Below, one piece after another: positions 40,200 through 51,575 of a stretch of 64,000 nucleotides of DNA. The stretch's first letter is position 1. The number at the start of each line of letters is the position of its first letter. This stretch comes from a virus. Its lineage: Duplodnaviria > Heunggongvirae > Uroviricota > Caudoviricetes. The translations under genes were made by a program, and so were the position numbers. Where the stretch lies: IMG/VR virus record IMGVR_UViG_3300022747_000014. The stretch is one strand, 5' to 3'. Below the pieces are notes generated by a model. The model searched no databases. It had not been told where the DNA came from and saw only the letters and a program-made list of their open reading frames with translations.

Positions 40200-40688
40200 A
40201 TGCAGACTATCAAATCATATTTATACCCAAACACAGTGGAGGTCCAAATTTTGGACACCACTATATTCACTACAAGGAACAGAGTTGTGTACAGCCGTCC
40301 AATAAAAGTTTATCAAGGAATTGATAACCCACTACAGATATTAGTTCTAAATCAAGACCAGAAAAAGGTAAACTTAACTGGCTACATCATGCAGGCCTCC
40401 ATACAGGACCCAACCAACGGAGTTACTGTAGAAAGCTACGCTGTTACTTTTGCAGACATTACCAAAGGAATAGGTACTTTTGTAATTGATAGAGCAACAA
40501 TCAATGCATTAGAGCAACGCTTTTATAAACTAACATTTAAAACAATTAAACAAAGCGACAACTCGGAACGTCCAGTCTATATCGACGACAACCATGGAGT
40601 TCCGTTAGATCTACAAGTGTTACCAGCGTATTACGCAGACTCTGCTAGTGACGGAAGTGAAGTTATATTTGATGGTGGAGTAATTTAA
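40200..40688 (+). CDS. hypothetical virion/tail-fibre-associated protein
   Basis: 162 aa; ATGA overlap with the tail-fibre gene. Confidence 0.5.
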   Translation: MQTIKSYLYPNTVEVQILDTTIFTTRNRVVYSRPIKVYQGIDNPLQILVLNQDQKKVNLTGYIMQASIQDPTNGVTVESYAVTFADITKGIGTFVIDRATINALEQRFYKLTFKTIKQSDNSERPVYIDDNHGVPLDLQVLPAYYADSASDGSEVIFDGGVI

Positions 40689-43600
40689 TGGCAACTTATG
40701 CAAACGTAGGGCACATCCTATTAAAACGCGGAAACACCGCACAGATTTCTAATTACATCGGCCCATTGGGCGAGATGACAATTAACACTGATACTAAGCA
40801 GATTCATGTACATGACAATTCTACGGTTAGTGGATACGCTATTCTAGCAAGCCAAGAGCACGTAGAAAATCTCATTGCTAACGTATCAGCTGGCCCAGCT
40901 GGGCCACAGGGAAATGCCGGTCCACAAGGTGTTAGCATTACTAATTCCTATGTACAGGACGGTAATCTGTTTGTGACGCTAAGTAACACTCATGTTATTA
41001 ATACTGGATATGTACAGGGCCCAATTGGTCCAACTGGGCCTCAAGGTATACAGGGCAATATTGGAGCTACAGGAGCTACAGGCCCGCATGGTCCACAAGG
41101 TAATGTTGGTTTAACAGGACCACAAGGTATCCAAGGTAACATTGGTCTACAGGGCCAGCAGGGCATTCAGGGCATACAAGGTAATGTTGGACCACAGGGC
41201 ATTCAGGGAATACAAGGTAACGTCGGACCACAGGGCATCCAAGGCATACAAGGTATCAAAGGAGACCGTGGCGATCAAGGCATCAGCGTTACACTAAAAG
41301 GCAACGTAGCTGCCCCGGAAAATCTACCAATCTCTGCCAATGCGGGCGAAGCGTATATTGTTAACACCACAGGTAACTTATGGTTCTGGAACAGCACACT
41401 AAACAGTTGGGGTGATATTGGTCCTATCGTTGGCCCACGTGGTGACAAAGGTGATACTGGTGCACAGGGCATCCAGGGCGAACAGGGTATTCAGGGCATT
41501 CAAGGAGTCCAAGGAGACACTGGCGCCCAAGGCCCGCAGGGCATCCAGGGCGATCCGGGTGTACAAGGTATTCAGGGAGAAGCAGGCCCCGCAGGCCCAG
41601 CCGGAGAAGCAGGCCCCGCAGGACCCGAGGGACCAACTGGTCCGCAAGGTATTCAGGGCGAAACAGGACCGATTGGTCCCGAAGGACCACAAGGACCACA
41701 AGGTGATCCGGGTGCACCCGCTGATACTGGTAATATTAGATTCGTTACTGACTTCATTTACGATTTCAATGGTGTAACCATTGAAAATGCTGACCTATCA
41801 CACGGTGCAACGTCAGCAGTAGTTGTACCAGCCAATGGCTCTACCGATCCATTACAAGTTAATAACTTCTACGGCCCAGTGAGCATTATGAGCGGTGACA
41901 CTGGTATTACTAAGACTTGGGACTTCAGCCAGTTTGGTGATTTAACTATTCCAGGTTCCATTGATGCTCAAATAGGCAACGACTTAAACCTTTCAGTCTT
42001 TAACCCCACAGTTGAAGGACAGCCAGGCGGTGTTACTCTTACACTAAAGAATTATGATGTTGTCACTAACCAAAGAACAACACAATTCAGCCTTGGTCCA
42101 AATGACATCGAATTAATCACAGATTTTAGCGGTGCTCAAAAGTCGTGGACTTTTAACAAAGTCGGACATTTAGTTCCGGGTACTGATATCCTGCAAGACA
42201 TCGGCACACCGGCTAATCGTGTACGACACATTTATGTGGGCCCAGGATCTATTACCATTGGTAACAGTGTACTAACTGAATCTCAAACTGGTAAGCTAGT
42301 TGTTCCGGGCCTGACTCGTGCTACTGGCTACCACGCAGGTGAAACTCAAGATACTGGGGATCAAACATATCAGTTTACTCCTGATGCGTTCGTGTACATT
42401 ATTGATCACACATACTATTCTATCTTAGACGGACAGTATACACCAAACGGCAGTTATGTAAACGCTTCTTACGGTGCTACAGCAGACGGTGAAGGATATC
42501 TTGGTGATATTGGTATTGCTAGTCCAGGTAGTGGATGGAATGATGTAGAAGCTAATGGTGCTAAGAATAACGGCATGTGGGCTTACATTGGCTCAGACCG
42601 TGACCCATTTGGTAACTTTGTAAACACAGACTGGGTGCAGATTCCGTTTGCGGTTTACCCACAGGCCAGCGACACTGAATACGAATTCTCAACAGGTGGG
42701 AGCAGTGCTCTAGTACAGCGTACGGTTTCTTTCCCATTAGGCGAGGATGGCGACAAAGCAGGAACACTGGCATTAACACCTAGTGGACAAGTTTATGTTT
42801 CAACCGCAGATTACATGGGACCAAACGAGGGCCAAGGATATACTGTAGTTACTAGCGAAGGTTATAATAGAGGACAAAGCCAGGGTGGGACCCTAATGAG
42901 TGTTGTGATTGCTTTGGGTGATTACCCAGCAATTGATGCAGTACTACAAGCGGCATCATTACCTTTATCGGGTTGGCAAGTGTCAGGCAACGTAACTGAT
43001 GGTTACGTTCGTGATTGTATCGCCGAGCAGTGGACTGGCGACCGTTGGGCATTTACCTGGAATTATGTGCCGGGACAGGATGCCGACGGTTACTCACCAG
43101 GTGAAGAGTTTGAATTAGTGTACACCGTACCACAGGCTGCTATTTGGACACAAGTAGATAACTCTAAAACGGTTGCCGTTCCTTGGGGTATCATCAACAG
43201 AGCTGTTGATTTTGATCTATACACTGATAGCGGCGGTCCCAACGCCAACAAATATGCCGAAGTTTGGATGAAGGAAAACAACGAAGTATCCATTACAGCC
43301 GACGGTGACCACAATACCTGGCGCTTTAAGGCCAGCGGTGATTTACACTTTCCGGACGGTAGCATTCAAACAACAGCCTACACTGGTGGAATTAATGGCG
43401 CAAGTGATAGACTTGTCAGCGGCGATTACCAAGTAGTACTTGGTGCAGATGGTAATTTAACAGTACCTCGAAACATTACTGTAGGCGGGGTTAACGGTCA
43501 AGAAAGTCACTTTGTTGTTGATGGATCTAATTACTGGACCAGTATTCAGTGGATTAACTTCCCAGCACAGCCTTCGGACGTTACGCCGTTTGAATGCGAA

Positions 43601-44011
43601 TCACAACTACTAAGGGTATTCAAAGGCACAGGCGGAGTTGCTGGCCATGAAGAAATGGTAGCTGTTAGTGCAGTCACAGACAACGGCACACAAAACGGTT
43701 TGATGATCACTACATCAAACAACAAGATACCAGATGCTCCGTATAACGATGGAGTGGGCACACAGTACAACTGGATCTTTGGCGGTGACGGCAAGGTACA
43801 GTTCCCGGATGGTACTAAGCAAGCAACTGCCTATGTTCCACGCAATACTAACCTAGACGGTGGTGGTGCTAGCGTACATTACGAAACTGATACTGTGTTT
43901 GTTGATGGCGGATTTAGTTCAACAAGACACGGCGTTGCTGACGCAGCCTTTGACGGTGGCAACAGACTAACAGAAAACAACTTATACAACTTAGATGGTG
44001 GCGGAGCATAA
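40688..44011 (+). CDS. long tail fibre protein with collagen-like triple-helix segments
   Basis: 1107 aa. G-X-Y tracts at aa ~69-81, ~111-198 and ~248-343. C-terminal Gly/Thr/Asn-rich beta-structure typical of fibres. Confidence 0.8.
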   Translation: MATYANVGHILLKRGNTAQISNYIGPLGEMTINTDTKQIHVHDNSTVSGYAILASQEHVENLIANVSAGPAGPQGNAGPQGVSITNSYVQDGNLFVTLSNTHVINTGYVQGPIGPTGPQGIQGNIGATGATGPHGPQGNVGLTGPQGIQGNIGLQGQQGIQGIQGNVGPQGIQGIQGNVGPQGIQGIQGIKGDRGDQGISVTLKGNVAAPENLPISANAGEAYIVNTTGNLWFWNSTLNSWGDIGPIVGPRGDKGDTGAQGIQGEQGIQGIQGVQGDTGAQGPQGIQGDPGVQGIQGEAGPAGPAGEAGPAGPEGPTGPQGIQGETGPIGPEGPQGPQGDPGAPADTGNIRFVTDFIYDFNGVTIENADLSHGATSAVVVPANGSTDPLQVNNFYGPVSIMSGDTGITKTWDFSQFGDLTIPGSIDAQIGNDLNLSVFNPTVEGQPGGVTLTLKNYDVVTNQRTTQFSLGPNDIELITDFSGAQKSWTFNKVGHLVPGTDILQDIGTPANRVRHIYVGPGSITIGNSVLTESQTGKLVVPGLTRATGYHAGETQDTGDQTYQFTPDAFVYIIDHTYYSILDGQYTPNGSYVNASYGATADGEGYLGDIGIASPGSGWNDVEANGAKNNGMWAYIGSDRDPFGNFVNTDWVQIPFAVYPQASDTEYEFSTGGSSALVQRTVSFPLGEDGDKAGTLALTPSGQVYVSTADYMGPNEGQGYTVVTSEGYNRGQSQGGTLMSVVIALGDYPAIDAVLQAASLPLSGWQVSGNVTDGYVRDCIAEQWTGDRWAFTWNYVPGQDADGYSPGEEFELVYTVPQAAIWTQVDNSKTVAVPWGIINRAVDFDLYTDSGGPNANKYAEVWMKENNEVSITADGDHNTWRFKASGDLHFPDGSIQTTAYTGGINGASDRLVSGDYQVVLGADGNLTVPRNITVGGVNGQESHFVVDGSNYWTSIQWINFPAQPSDVTPFECESQLLRVFKGTGGVAGHEEMVAVSAVTDNGTQNGLMITTSNNKIPDAPYNDGVGTQYNWIFGGDGKVQFPDGTKQATAYVPRNTNLDGGGASVHYETDTVFVDGGFSSTRHGVADAAFDGGNRLTENNLYNLDGGGA
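41018..41717 (+). repeat. collagen-like G-X-Y coding repeats (two blocks, 41018-41283 and 41429-41717)
   Basis: [10 protein letters not shown]... periodic 9-bp repeats. Confidence 0.85.
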
Positions 44012-45942
44012 TGGCAAATAAAATTCAACTTAGAAGAGACACAGCTACAAACTGGAGTCGCATTAATCCTGTACTTGCCGATGGCGAGCCAGGGTTAGAT
44101 ATTACTAACAATAAGATTAAGTTAGGTGATGGTACTACACCCTGGAACACACTAGGATTCCTAACTAGCCCAGAACATGCCCGATTAGTAAATGGCAATA
44201 AAGTATTGACTCTAGGCACAGACGGCAGAGTAACTGTGCCCGGTGGCAACAGTATTACAGACGCATCGGGTAAGATGGATCTGGTGGCAGCGGCAGGTGT
44301 TGAGATGGTCACAGACCGCGGCACCGTACAGTTTGGTGTTAACTTAGAAGCTCCAGGTTTACCTAGTCACTTTCACATTAACAAAGCAAGCTCGTTTGAT
44401 CTGTTCCTAGGTGATGACGCAAACTATGTTAAACTTCCATCACTAAGCGGCGTAGAAATAAAGGCCAGTGAAGACGGGGTAGGTACAGCTAAGTGGACAT
44501 TAGACGCACTAGGCAAGATGACATTGCCAGCAAACGGTGTTATTACAACTGTTCCAGGTTACACAGGAACAACGTTTAACATTGTTAATATTGTACAAGC
44601 AGATCCTGTATATCCTGTTGTTATCACTACATCAGTTGATCACGCATTAACTAGTGGAACTAAGATTAGAATTAGCGGTATCACTACTACCGTAGAATTA
44701 AACGACCAAGATTTTTATGTTACTACTCCTGCGTCGAATCAGCTTGAGTTGTATAGTGATCCTAACTGTACAATACCCGTGTTTGGAAGTACTAATACTC
44801 CGTACTTAACAGCTGGCAATAGAAGTGTTACTGTAACAGATGAAGCACTAGCAGGTAATAACCCAGGCTTTACTGATCGCAGTATGCAGTTCTTTGGAAA
44901 TGGATATGCACAAACTCCAGCAAGCACAGACTTTAATATTGGTACTGGTGACTTTGCTGTTAGTTTCTGGGTATATCAAGACAGCTACGCAAACAATCCA
45001 CGTTTGTTCAGCTTTGGTACATGGAATCAAACCAACCCGTTGGCAGTTAGTTCAGAAAACGGTATGCTGTATTTCTGGATGAACGGTAGCCTATTTGGTT
45101 ACGGTATTGGCGGCTCCCTAAGTCTTAACACGTGGCATCACTTCCTAATCACTCGCTACAACGGTCACATGTATTTGGGATTAGACGGTACTGTTTATAA
45201 TCAGTGGACTGACTCAACTGATATTCCTTCAGGTACAGTTCCTCTATGCGTTGCGAACCAAACAGCACACGATGCTGGCCTAGTTGGCTATATGCGAGAC
45301 TTTAAGTTTAACGTTGGACAAGGTGTTGACCTAAGCTCAGGTAACTACACTGTTCCTAGTGCTCCTGCTACAGTAGACGCAGGCTACACTAAGTTGCTAT
45401 TAGTAGACTACCCATCTGACAGTTCTAACTCTGCACTAGTAGGCGGCGGCGGTACCGCACTAACAGAATTTGCAGGAGCCGATTTAACTATTGCTCTTGA
45501 CAGTCCAGTTAACACTGATCCTGGTAGCATATACTTGCGTTCAGGAAGCTCAATGATGGCAGTCAATGGTAGAGATGATACCGTTGGGATAGCTAATCCT
45601 GGCGGATCGTATCCATTTGCTACTACAGGGCAAGAAACTATCTTCATTGATGCTACAACAAGTGTTAACGGTATCGGTATTACTAACGTAACTAATAACT
45701 TGTTTCTAGTAACACAAGCTGACGGTTATACAGGCACTGACGCACAAACTATTAGCCTACCTGTACCAACCCGTGCTGGTATAGAAATAACTGTAATAAA
45801 CACTAGTCAGAGTGAAGTTGGTGTAGTAGGATGGCCAGGATCACCATACGGAATGTCCCCAGGATGGAGCATAAAACTTATATCTATAGACCTCCCGGGA
45901 CTTGGATTTATATGGTGGGTAACTAGCAACTTTAGTTGGTAA
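44011..45942 (+). CDS. tail fibre protein (conserved fibre N-terminal domain)
   Basis: 643 aa. N-terminus IQLRRDTATNW...NPVLADGEPGLD...KLGDGTTPWNTL is shared with ORF 46767. Confidence 0.75.
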   Translation: MANKIQLRRDTATNWSRINPVLADGEPGLDITNNKIKLGDGTTPWNTLGFLTSPEHARLVNGNKVLTLGTDGRVTVPGGNSITDASGKMDLVAAAGVEMVTDRGTVQFGVNLEAPGLPSHFHINKASSFDLFLGDDANYVKLPSLSGVEIKASEDGVGTAKWTLDALGKMTLPANGVITTVPGYTGTTFNIVNIVQADPVYPVVITTSVDHALTSGTKIRISGITTTVELNDQDFYVTTPASNQLELYSDPNCTIPVFGSTNTPYLTAGNRSVTVTDEALAGNNPGFTDRSMQFFGNGYAQTPASTDFNIGTGDFAVSFWVYQDSYANNPRLFSFGTWNQTNPLAVSSENGMLYFWMNGSLFGYGIGGSLSLNTWHHFLITRYNGHMYLGLDGTVYNQWTDSTDIPSGTVPLCVANQTAHDAGLVGYMRDFKFNVGQGVDLSSGNYTVPSAPATVDAGYTKLLLVDYPSDSSNSALVGGGGTALTEFAGADLTIALDSPVNTDPGSIYLRSGSSMMAVNGRDDTVGIANPGGSYPFATTGQETIFIDATTSVNGIGITNVTNNLFLVTQADGYTGTDAQTISLPVPTRAGIEITVINTSQSEVGVVGWPGSPYGMSPGWSIKLISIDLPGLGFIWWVTSNFSW

Positions 45943-45951
45943 GGATAAACA

Positions 45952-46740
45952 ATGATTAATAAAATAGAATTAGACAAACTAAGTGTCCCTAGTTATCTTC
46001 AGTTAGATAAACTAACAGGCGAGCTAAACAAAAACTTTGAAACACTTGCAACAGCAATACAAGGTGTTGATGCTGAAGGTGTTGTAACAATTCCTGGCCC
46101 CCAAGGCGAGCGTGGTGAGCAAGGTTTACAGGGTTTACGAGGCGAACCTGGTACTGCTGGCAAGGACGGCAAAGATGGTGTTGATGGTGTCAACGGACGA
46201 GATGGACTTCCGGGAGCAGTGGGCACCACGGGTATTCAAGGCCTTCCGGGTAAAGATGGAAAAGACGGTCTCCCGGGAACAGCGGGTAAGGATGGTGCTC
46301 AAGGCCCCGCAGGTCCGCAAGGAGTGGCAGGACCCGCTGGTGCCCAAGGTCCTATAGGTCCAGCAGGCGTAGGTATCAAAGGATTCGCTAGCGGTTATGT
46401 AAATGCCGGGCAGTTTGTTACCTTAGACAATCTTAAGTTTACTGTAACAACTAGCGGAAATAGAGGACTGTCGTGTGCTACAGTAAGCGGCACAGCAACT
46501 CTTAGTATATCTGCTACTTATAGTTGCAACGGTGGCGGCAACGGGCATTCAACAGCGTGGCCGGGCGCTACCTATAACACAACACCCAGCGGAAGTTGGT
46601 TTGGATATCACTTTCCCAACGCAGGCGACGGGTCAACATATATTGTAAACGATTACAATAACGGCAGGGTCTATAGAATCATATTAATGATTGGCCCATA
46701 TTACAACAACAACTTCATCAGCATCGAAAGATTGCTCTAA
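45952..46740 (+). CDS. collagen-like repeat protein (fibre-associated)
   Basis: 262 aa. G-X-Y from aa ~49 to ~142 (nt 46096-46380). Confidence 0.7.
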   Translation: MINKIELDKLSVPSYLQLDKLTGELNKNFETLATAIQGVDAEGVVTIPGPQGERGEQGLQGLRGEPGTAGKDGKDGVDGVNGRDGLPGAVGTTGIQGLPGKDGKDGLPGTAGKDGAQGPAGPQGVAGPAGAQGPIGPAGVGIKGFASGYVNAGQFVTLDNLKFTVTTSGNRGLSCATVSGTATLSISATYSCNGGGNGHSTAWPGATYNTTPSGSWFGYHFPNAGDGSTYIVNDYNNGRVYRIILMIGPYYNNNFISIERLL

Positions 46741-46766
46741 ATAAATAAGAATACGGAGAAACAATA

Positions 46767-48374
46767 ATGTCAAGCAAAATTCAATTGAGACGCGATTCGG
46801 CAGCAAACTGGACCGCAACAAACCCTGTACTAGCCCAAGGTGAGCCAGGTTTAGAAACAGATACAAACAAAGTCAAATACGGTGACGGCTCAACAGCTTG
46901 GAACCTACTTGATTATGCCGCAGGTGGATCAGGCGGGGCGGGAGACTTTAACACAGGATTTACTGACGGTGTTAACGATAACACATTCCACTTTGTTCGC
47001 GAACAAGGCAAGCGAGAATTTACCTTTGAAACAGAAGGCTACAAGAAGTTTGAGATTACGCTAACTGCTCCTATGGTAGCCGATATCAACAACGGAAACT
47101 TGACATTTACTGACAGCGATACGCCACAAATGGCTGATGTATGGCTAACTTGGACCCGTGAAAATCAAATCTACTTTTACCTAAAAGGTGATTACGACAT
47201 TGGAAACTTTAGCAGTTTCTTCAGCAATCTTGCTAATCCAGCTCCGGGTGTATATGTAGCAAATAACGCACCTGTACCGTTTGCCCCAGGTGATCAAATC
47301 GTTGTTAAGTACTGGTCAGAAGGCACAACTTATATTGGCAGCAACTATGACCGCTACAGCACATTTATTCCCGATGTAACCGAATCCACCGCTGACAACA
47401 CAGTAACTATCAGCTTAGCTGAATACACTTGGTTAGGTAGCGGGCCAGGTAGTGCTCTTGAAGCATTTCTAGATCCAGCTAATCTAGCCAAACAGTCTAT
47501 TGTTTTTAAACAAAATCAAGCAAACGATAACCGAAACATTACCGGTGTAGTTGACAATAACGATGGTACTATTACTATTACATTTGACGGTGCCGCATAT
47601 CAAAGTAAAACAACAGATACAGCTTCATTTACCTATACCGCAACAGATACACGCACTGACAACTGGCAGATTACTTTACCAATGTCGGTGTATCCGACAT
47701 TTGCCAGTGAAGTAACATACCCGCTTGGAACAACCACTAACAAATATACTGGTAGTGCTTATCGTAGTGGATATATTACTATCAATGGCGGAAGTCCAAT
47801 TGATTTTAACTGGTACGGTAACAGTAACGGAACAACTGAATTTTATCTAAACTGGGCTCAAACAGCACAAAGCTACAACCAAGGCGACACTATTGCGGTT
47901 ACTTTCTATCGTAGCTATACACAAATTCAACTTGACATCTACCGTCCAGGTACCGCACAGTCTAACTGGAACAACGGTTACAAGTGGTTTGATTGGAAAG
48001 ATGACATTGCTACTGAATACAGTCCTGGTTTAGGCAACGGTGTAGCAGGTGGAACAGGTCAATACTTGATGCAGGTATACCGTCAGCCAATCGGTGACTG
48101 GACTGCCAGTAGCGGTTCTTTAGCAAGTAGTTTTGGTTGGACAGGATTAGGTAGCAATCAGAGACAACCTCGAGATCCTTACAAGAATGACAGTGTAAGC
48201 AACTGGGGCGATAGCGCACAGAGTTGTTATCCAATGTACGACTTTAGTGACCGTGGTATTGTATTTTTCAGTAATAACACATATTACGACTGGAGTATCA
48301 CATACAAGGTTCGTATTATCTACCGCTTTGATCTAATCATTGGCGAAGAAGACTACGGTTGGTTCGACTGCTAA
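46767..48374 (+). CDS. tail fibre protein (paralogous N-terminal domain to 44011)
   Basis: 535 aa, N-terminus IQLRRDSAANWTATNPVLAQGEPGLETDTNKVKYGDGSTAWNLL. Confidence 0.75.
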   Translation: MSSKIQLRRDSAANWTATNPVLAQGEPGLETDTNKVKYGDGSTAWNLLDYAAGGSGGAGDFNTGFTDGVNDNTFHFVREQGKREFTFETEGYKKFEITLTAPMVADINNGNLTFTDSDTPQMADVWLTWTRENQIYFYLKGDYDIGNFSSFFSNLANPAPGVYVANNAPVPFAPGDQIVVKYWSEGTTYIGSNYDRYSTFIPDVTESTADNTVTISLAEYTWLGSGPGSALEAFLDPANLAKQSIVFKQNQANDNRNITGVVDNNDGTITITFDGAAYQSKTTDTASFTYTATDTRTDNWQITLPMSVYPTFASEVTYPLGTTTNKYTGSAYRSGYITINGGSPIDFNWYGNSNGTTEFYLNWAQTAQSYNQGDTIAVTFYRSYTQIQLDIYRPGTAQSNWNNGYKWFDWKDDIATEYSPGLGNGVAGGTGQYLMQVYRQPIGDWTASSGSLASSFGWTGLGSNQRQPRDPYKNDSVSNWGDSAQSCYPMYDFSDRGIVFFSNNTYYDWSITYKVRIIYRFDLIIGEEDYGWFDC

Positions 48375-48375
48375 T

Positions 48376-49047
48376 ATGATTGAAAAACGTCCTGCTAATA
48401 CCAGAGGCGTTATTGATAAGAAAGGTTCTATATTAAGTTATAGGACCTTTCATTTTCAAGAGTACTTCAACTTTGACTACTTGAACTTTGGGGCACTAGA
48501 AACTATCAATGACGACAGAGTAGAACCTGGATATCATGTCGGTCGTCACCGTCACGTTAACAGGGAAATCTTTGGTTATGTTGTAGATGGTCCCTGCTAC
48601 CACAAGGACGACACGCAAACTATAGAAATACCTTCGGGTGCCGTTCAGCGTATGTGCGCCGGATCAGGCATGTTCCACGGCGAAGGTAACGCCAGCGATA
48701 AACCCATACGTTATCTACAGTTATGGATCCGAAGTGAAGTTGAAAATGCTACTCCTGTGTATAGCTGGCATCAATTTACCCGAGAAGACAAGTTAAACCG
48801 GTTCTGCGATATAACAGCACAGCTACCTATTAGAGCAGATGCCGGTCTACTTGCTGGGATTTTTACCAAACCCTTTAACTATTCTATCAACGGAGATAGA
48901 CGTTACTATGTTTACATTGTGCGAGGCACCGGTACAATCAACAATGCATTGTTCTCTGAAGGAGATGGCTTTGCCTACACAAACGAAACCAGTATCGGCC
49001 TTACCGTAACTGAAGAGTCAGAGCTCATATTATTTGATCTAAGATAA
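48376..49047 (+). CDS. cupin/pirin-like protein
   Basis: HVGRHRHVNREIFGYVVDG...H cupin-type metal-binding pattern. Start trimmed to MIEKRP. Confidence 0.5.
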   Translation: MIEKRPANTRGVIDKKGSILSYRTFHFQEYFNFDYLNFGALETINDDRVEPGYHVGRHRHVNREIFGYVVDGPCYHKDDTQTIEIPSGAVQRMCAGSGMFHGEGNASDKPIRYLQLWIRSEVENATPVYSWHQFTREDKLNRFCDITAQLPIRADAGLLAGIFTKPFNYSINGDRRYYVYIVRGTGTINNALFSEGDGFAYTNETSIGLTVTEESELILFDLR

Positions 49048-49068
49048 ACAAGACTATATAATAGTCAT

Positions 49069-50130
49069 ATGTTAACAACAATACAGGATGCAATAAAACA
49101 ATACCTACCCGCCAAGAAGAAAACTTCTAGTAGCGGCTGGACTAGTTTTAACGCAGTATGTTGTGAACACAATGGCGAAAGCCGTGACACTCGTGGGCGT
49201 GGTGGAATTATTTCTAATCCCAATGGTAGCGTCAGTTATGCTTGTTTTAACTGCAATTTCAAAGCCAACTACACACCAGGAAGACATCTTAACTATAAGT
49301 TTCGAAAACTCCTGAGTTGGCTCGGAGCAGATGAGAACTCCGTTAAGCGTTTAGTAATTGATGCGATCCGTGTTAAAGAGCTGGTTGCTCCAGAAGAACT
49401 AAAATCAGAGCCAGCCGAAGAAATTAAATTCCAACCACGTCCACTGCCTGTCGGCGCAAAGAGCTTTACAGAGTGGAAGACCTTTTTGCAATTAACAGAT
49501 GATTCTTATGTGTCCCCAGATTACCTAAAGGGCGCAGTTGAGTATGTGTACAAACGTAAAGGTAATCTGCTTGAAAATTATGAATTTTACTGCACAGATG
49601 ACACTGAGCACAACATGCACAAAAGGGCCATTATTCCTTTTACTTGGCACAATGAACTAATAGGATACACAGCCAGGGCATGGGACGATAAAATAAAACC
49701 CAAGTACCATAACAGTTATGAACCCAATTTCGTCTTTAACATGGATCGACAAGCCCAAGCTAACAAGTTTGTTATTGTTGTGGAAGGCCCGTTTGACGCG
49801 ATGGCAATTGATGGCGTTGCTATATTGTCTAATGAGTGCAGCGAAGTGCAGGCAGACATTATTGACAGCTTGGGGAAAGAAGTTATCGTAGTTCCGGACT
49901 TTGATATTAAGATTGTAAAAGGTAAAGAAGTATGGGCCGGATCCACGTTAATTGAACAAGCAATTGAGTATGGTTGGAGTGTTAGTTTTCCGGTATGGCA
50001 CGAGGAAGTTAAAGATGTGTCCGAAGCAGTACACACATATGGACGATTGTTTACATTAAAAACAATATTAGATGCCAAACAATCGAGTAGGTTAAAGATA
50101 GAGTTAATGCGTAAACGCATACATAGTTAA
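49069..50130 (+). CDS. DNA primase (zinc-ribbon + TOPRIM)
   Basis: CCEHNGESRDTRGRGG...CFNCNF zinc-binding region; TOPRIM-like VVEGPFDAMAIDG...VVPDFD. Confidence 0.7.
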   Translation: MLTTIQDAIKQYLPAKKKTSSSGWTSFNAVCCEHNGESRDTRGRGGIISNPNGSVSYACFNCNFKANYTPGRHLNYKFRKLLSWLGADENSVKRLVIDAIRVKELVAPEELKSEPAEEIKFQPRPLPVGAKSFTEWKTFLQLTDDSYVSPDYLKGAVEYVYKRKGNLLENYEFYCTDDTEHNMHKRAIIPFTWHNELIGYTARAWDDKIKPKYHNSYEPNFVFNMDRQAQANKFVIVVEGPFDAMAIDGVAILSNECSEVQADIIDSLGKEVIVVPDFDIKIVKGKEVWAGSTLIEQAIEYGWSVSFPVWHEEVKDVSEAVHTYGRLFTLKTILDAKQSSRLKIELMRKRIHS

Positions 50131-50132
50131 TA

Positions 50133-51575
50133 ATGAATAAAGAATATAACTCAGAGATACAAAAACTATTTTTAGAAATGATGTTGCAGGACGCACAAAA
50201 CTTTGTGCGTGTGCAAAACATTTACAATCCTGAAAACTTTGATCGTAGTCTACGTGAAACGGCCAAGTTTATCAGTGAATACAGTGACAAATATAGATCC
50301 TTGCCAACAGCTGAACAGATTTTAGCAACAACAGGCACAGAACTAACAGTATCGGCAGACTTATCTGCACACAACGAATGGTTCATTGATGAGTTCGAAA
50401 ACTTTACCAAACGTCAAGAACTAGAACGTGCAATTCTCAAAGGTGCAGACTTACTTGAAAAAGGCGACTTTGCTCCAATTGAAAAACTAATCAAAGATGC
50501 AGTACAAATTAGCCTAACAAAAGACTTGGGTACTGATTACTTTGCTGACCCTAGTGAACGTATTAACAAATACTTTAATAGCGGAGGACAAGTAAGCACT
50601 GGTTGGCCACAGTTAGATAGATTGCTCTATGGCGGTTTCAGTCGCGGTGAGCTCAATATCTTTGCAGGTGGCTCGGGCTCTGGTAAATCTTTGGTTATGA
50701 TGAACTTGGCATTAAGTTGGTTACAATCCGGACTTAGTGGAGTTTACATTAGCTTAGAACTTAGTGAAGAACTGTGTAGCTTGCGTACTGATGCTATGTT
50801 GTCTGGTATGAGTACCAAAGACATTCGCAAGGACATTGACACAACCACACTTAAAGTCAAGATGGTTGGCAAGAAGTCTGGTAGCTATCGTGTTAAAGCC
50901 TTGCCTGCACAAAGCAACATCAATGATATTCGTGCGTTCTTAAAAGAATATCAAATACAAACAGGAAACCAAGTCGACTTTGTTATGGTTGACTATTTGG
51001 ACTTGTTAATGCCAGTTAGTGCCAAGGTTAGTCCCAACGACTTGTTTGTTAAGGACAAGTATGTGTCAGAAGAACTACGTAACTTGGCAAAAGAACTGGG
51101 CGTATTGTTGGTTACAGCAAGTCAGTTGAACCGTAGTGCTGTTGACGAAGTTGAATTTGACCACAGTCATATTAGTGGTGGTATTAGTAAAATCAACACT
51201 GCTGACAACGTATTTGGTATCTTTACTAGTAGAGCTATGCGTGAACGAGGCAAGTATCAAATTCAATGTTTGAAGTCACGTAGTAGTACTGGCGTTGGGC
51301 AGAAAATCGATCTTGAATACAACATTGAGACTATGCGTATCAGTGATCCGGGACTTGAAAATGCAAGCTCTGGATTTGGGCCACCACCGGTTGCCAGCAT
51401 CATGAGTCAGATTAAGAACAAAGCAGCCAGTGACGATAGTGCACCTAAACCCTTTGAAAGAGCAACAGGTACACCTGCATGGGAAAAAGGCCCACAAGGC
51501 CCCAAAGTAACTGGCGAAGCACAGAACGCAGAATTAAGAAAAATGTTATCGGAGCTTAAGAAATCCAATGAGTAA
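50133..51575 (+). CDS. replicative DNA helicase (DnaB/T4 gp41-like)
   Basis: Walker A FAGGSGSGKSL, Walker B VDFVMVDYLDLL, RecA-like core. 480 aa. Confidence 0.8.
   Translation: MNKEYNSEIQKLFLEMMLQDAQNFVRVQNIYNPENFDRSLRETAKFISEYSDKYRSLPTAEQILATTGTELTVSADLSAHNEWFIDEFENFTKRQELERAILKGADLLEKGDFAPIEKLIKDAVQISLTKDLGTDYFADPSERINKYFNSGGQVSTGWPQLDRLLYGGFSRGELNIFAGGSGSGKSLVMMNLALSWLQSGLSGVYISLELSEELCSLRTDAMLSGMSTKDIRKDIDTTTLKVKMVGKKSGSYRVKALPAQSNINDIRAFLKEYQIQTGNQVDFVMVDYLDLLMPVSAKVSPNDLFVKDKYVSEELRNLAKELGVLLVTASQLNRSAVDEVEFDHSHISGGISKINTADNVFGIFTSRAMRERGKYQIQCLKSRSSTGVGQKIDLEYNIETMRISDPGLENASSGFGPPPVASIMSQIKNKAASDDSAPKPFERATGTPAWEKGPQGPKVTGEAQNAELRKMLSELKKSNE

Noticed and set aside
40898-41717. Periodic short repeats that could be mistaken for a CRISPR array
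   Set aside because: The repeats are 9-bp collagen G-X-Y codon periodicity inside a long ORF. There is no repeat-spacer architecture, and no CRISPR array is present anywhere in the window.
41275-41777. ORFs 41275-41472(-), 41399-41701(-), 41412-41777(+), 41424-41717(-) in the collagen-repeat region
   Set aside because: They arise from the periodic G-X-Y coding repeats of the tail-fibre gene (alternative frames of GGN CCN repeats) and are not independent genes.
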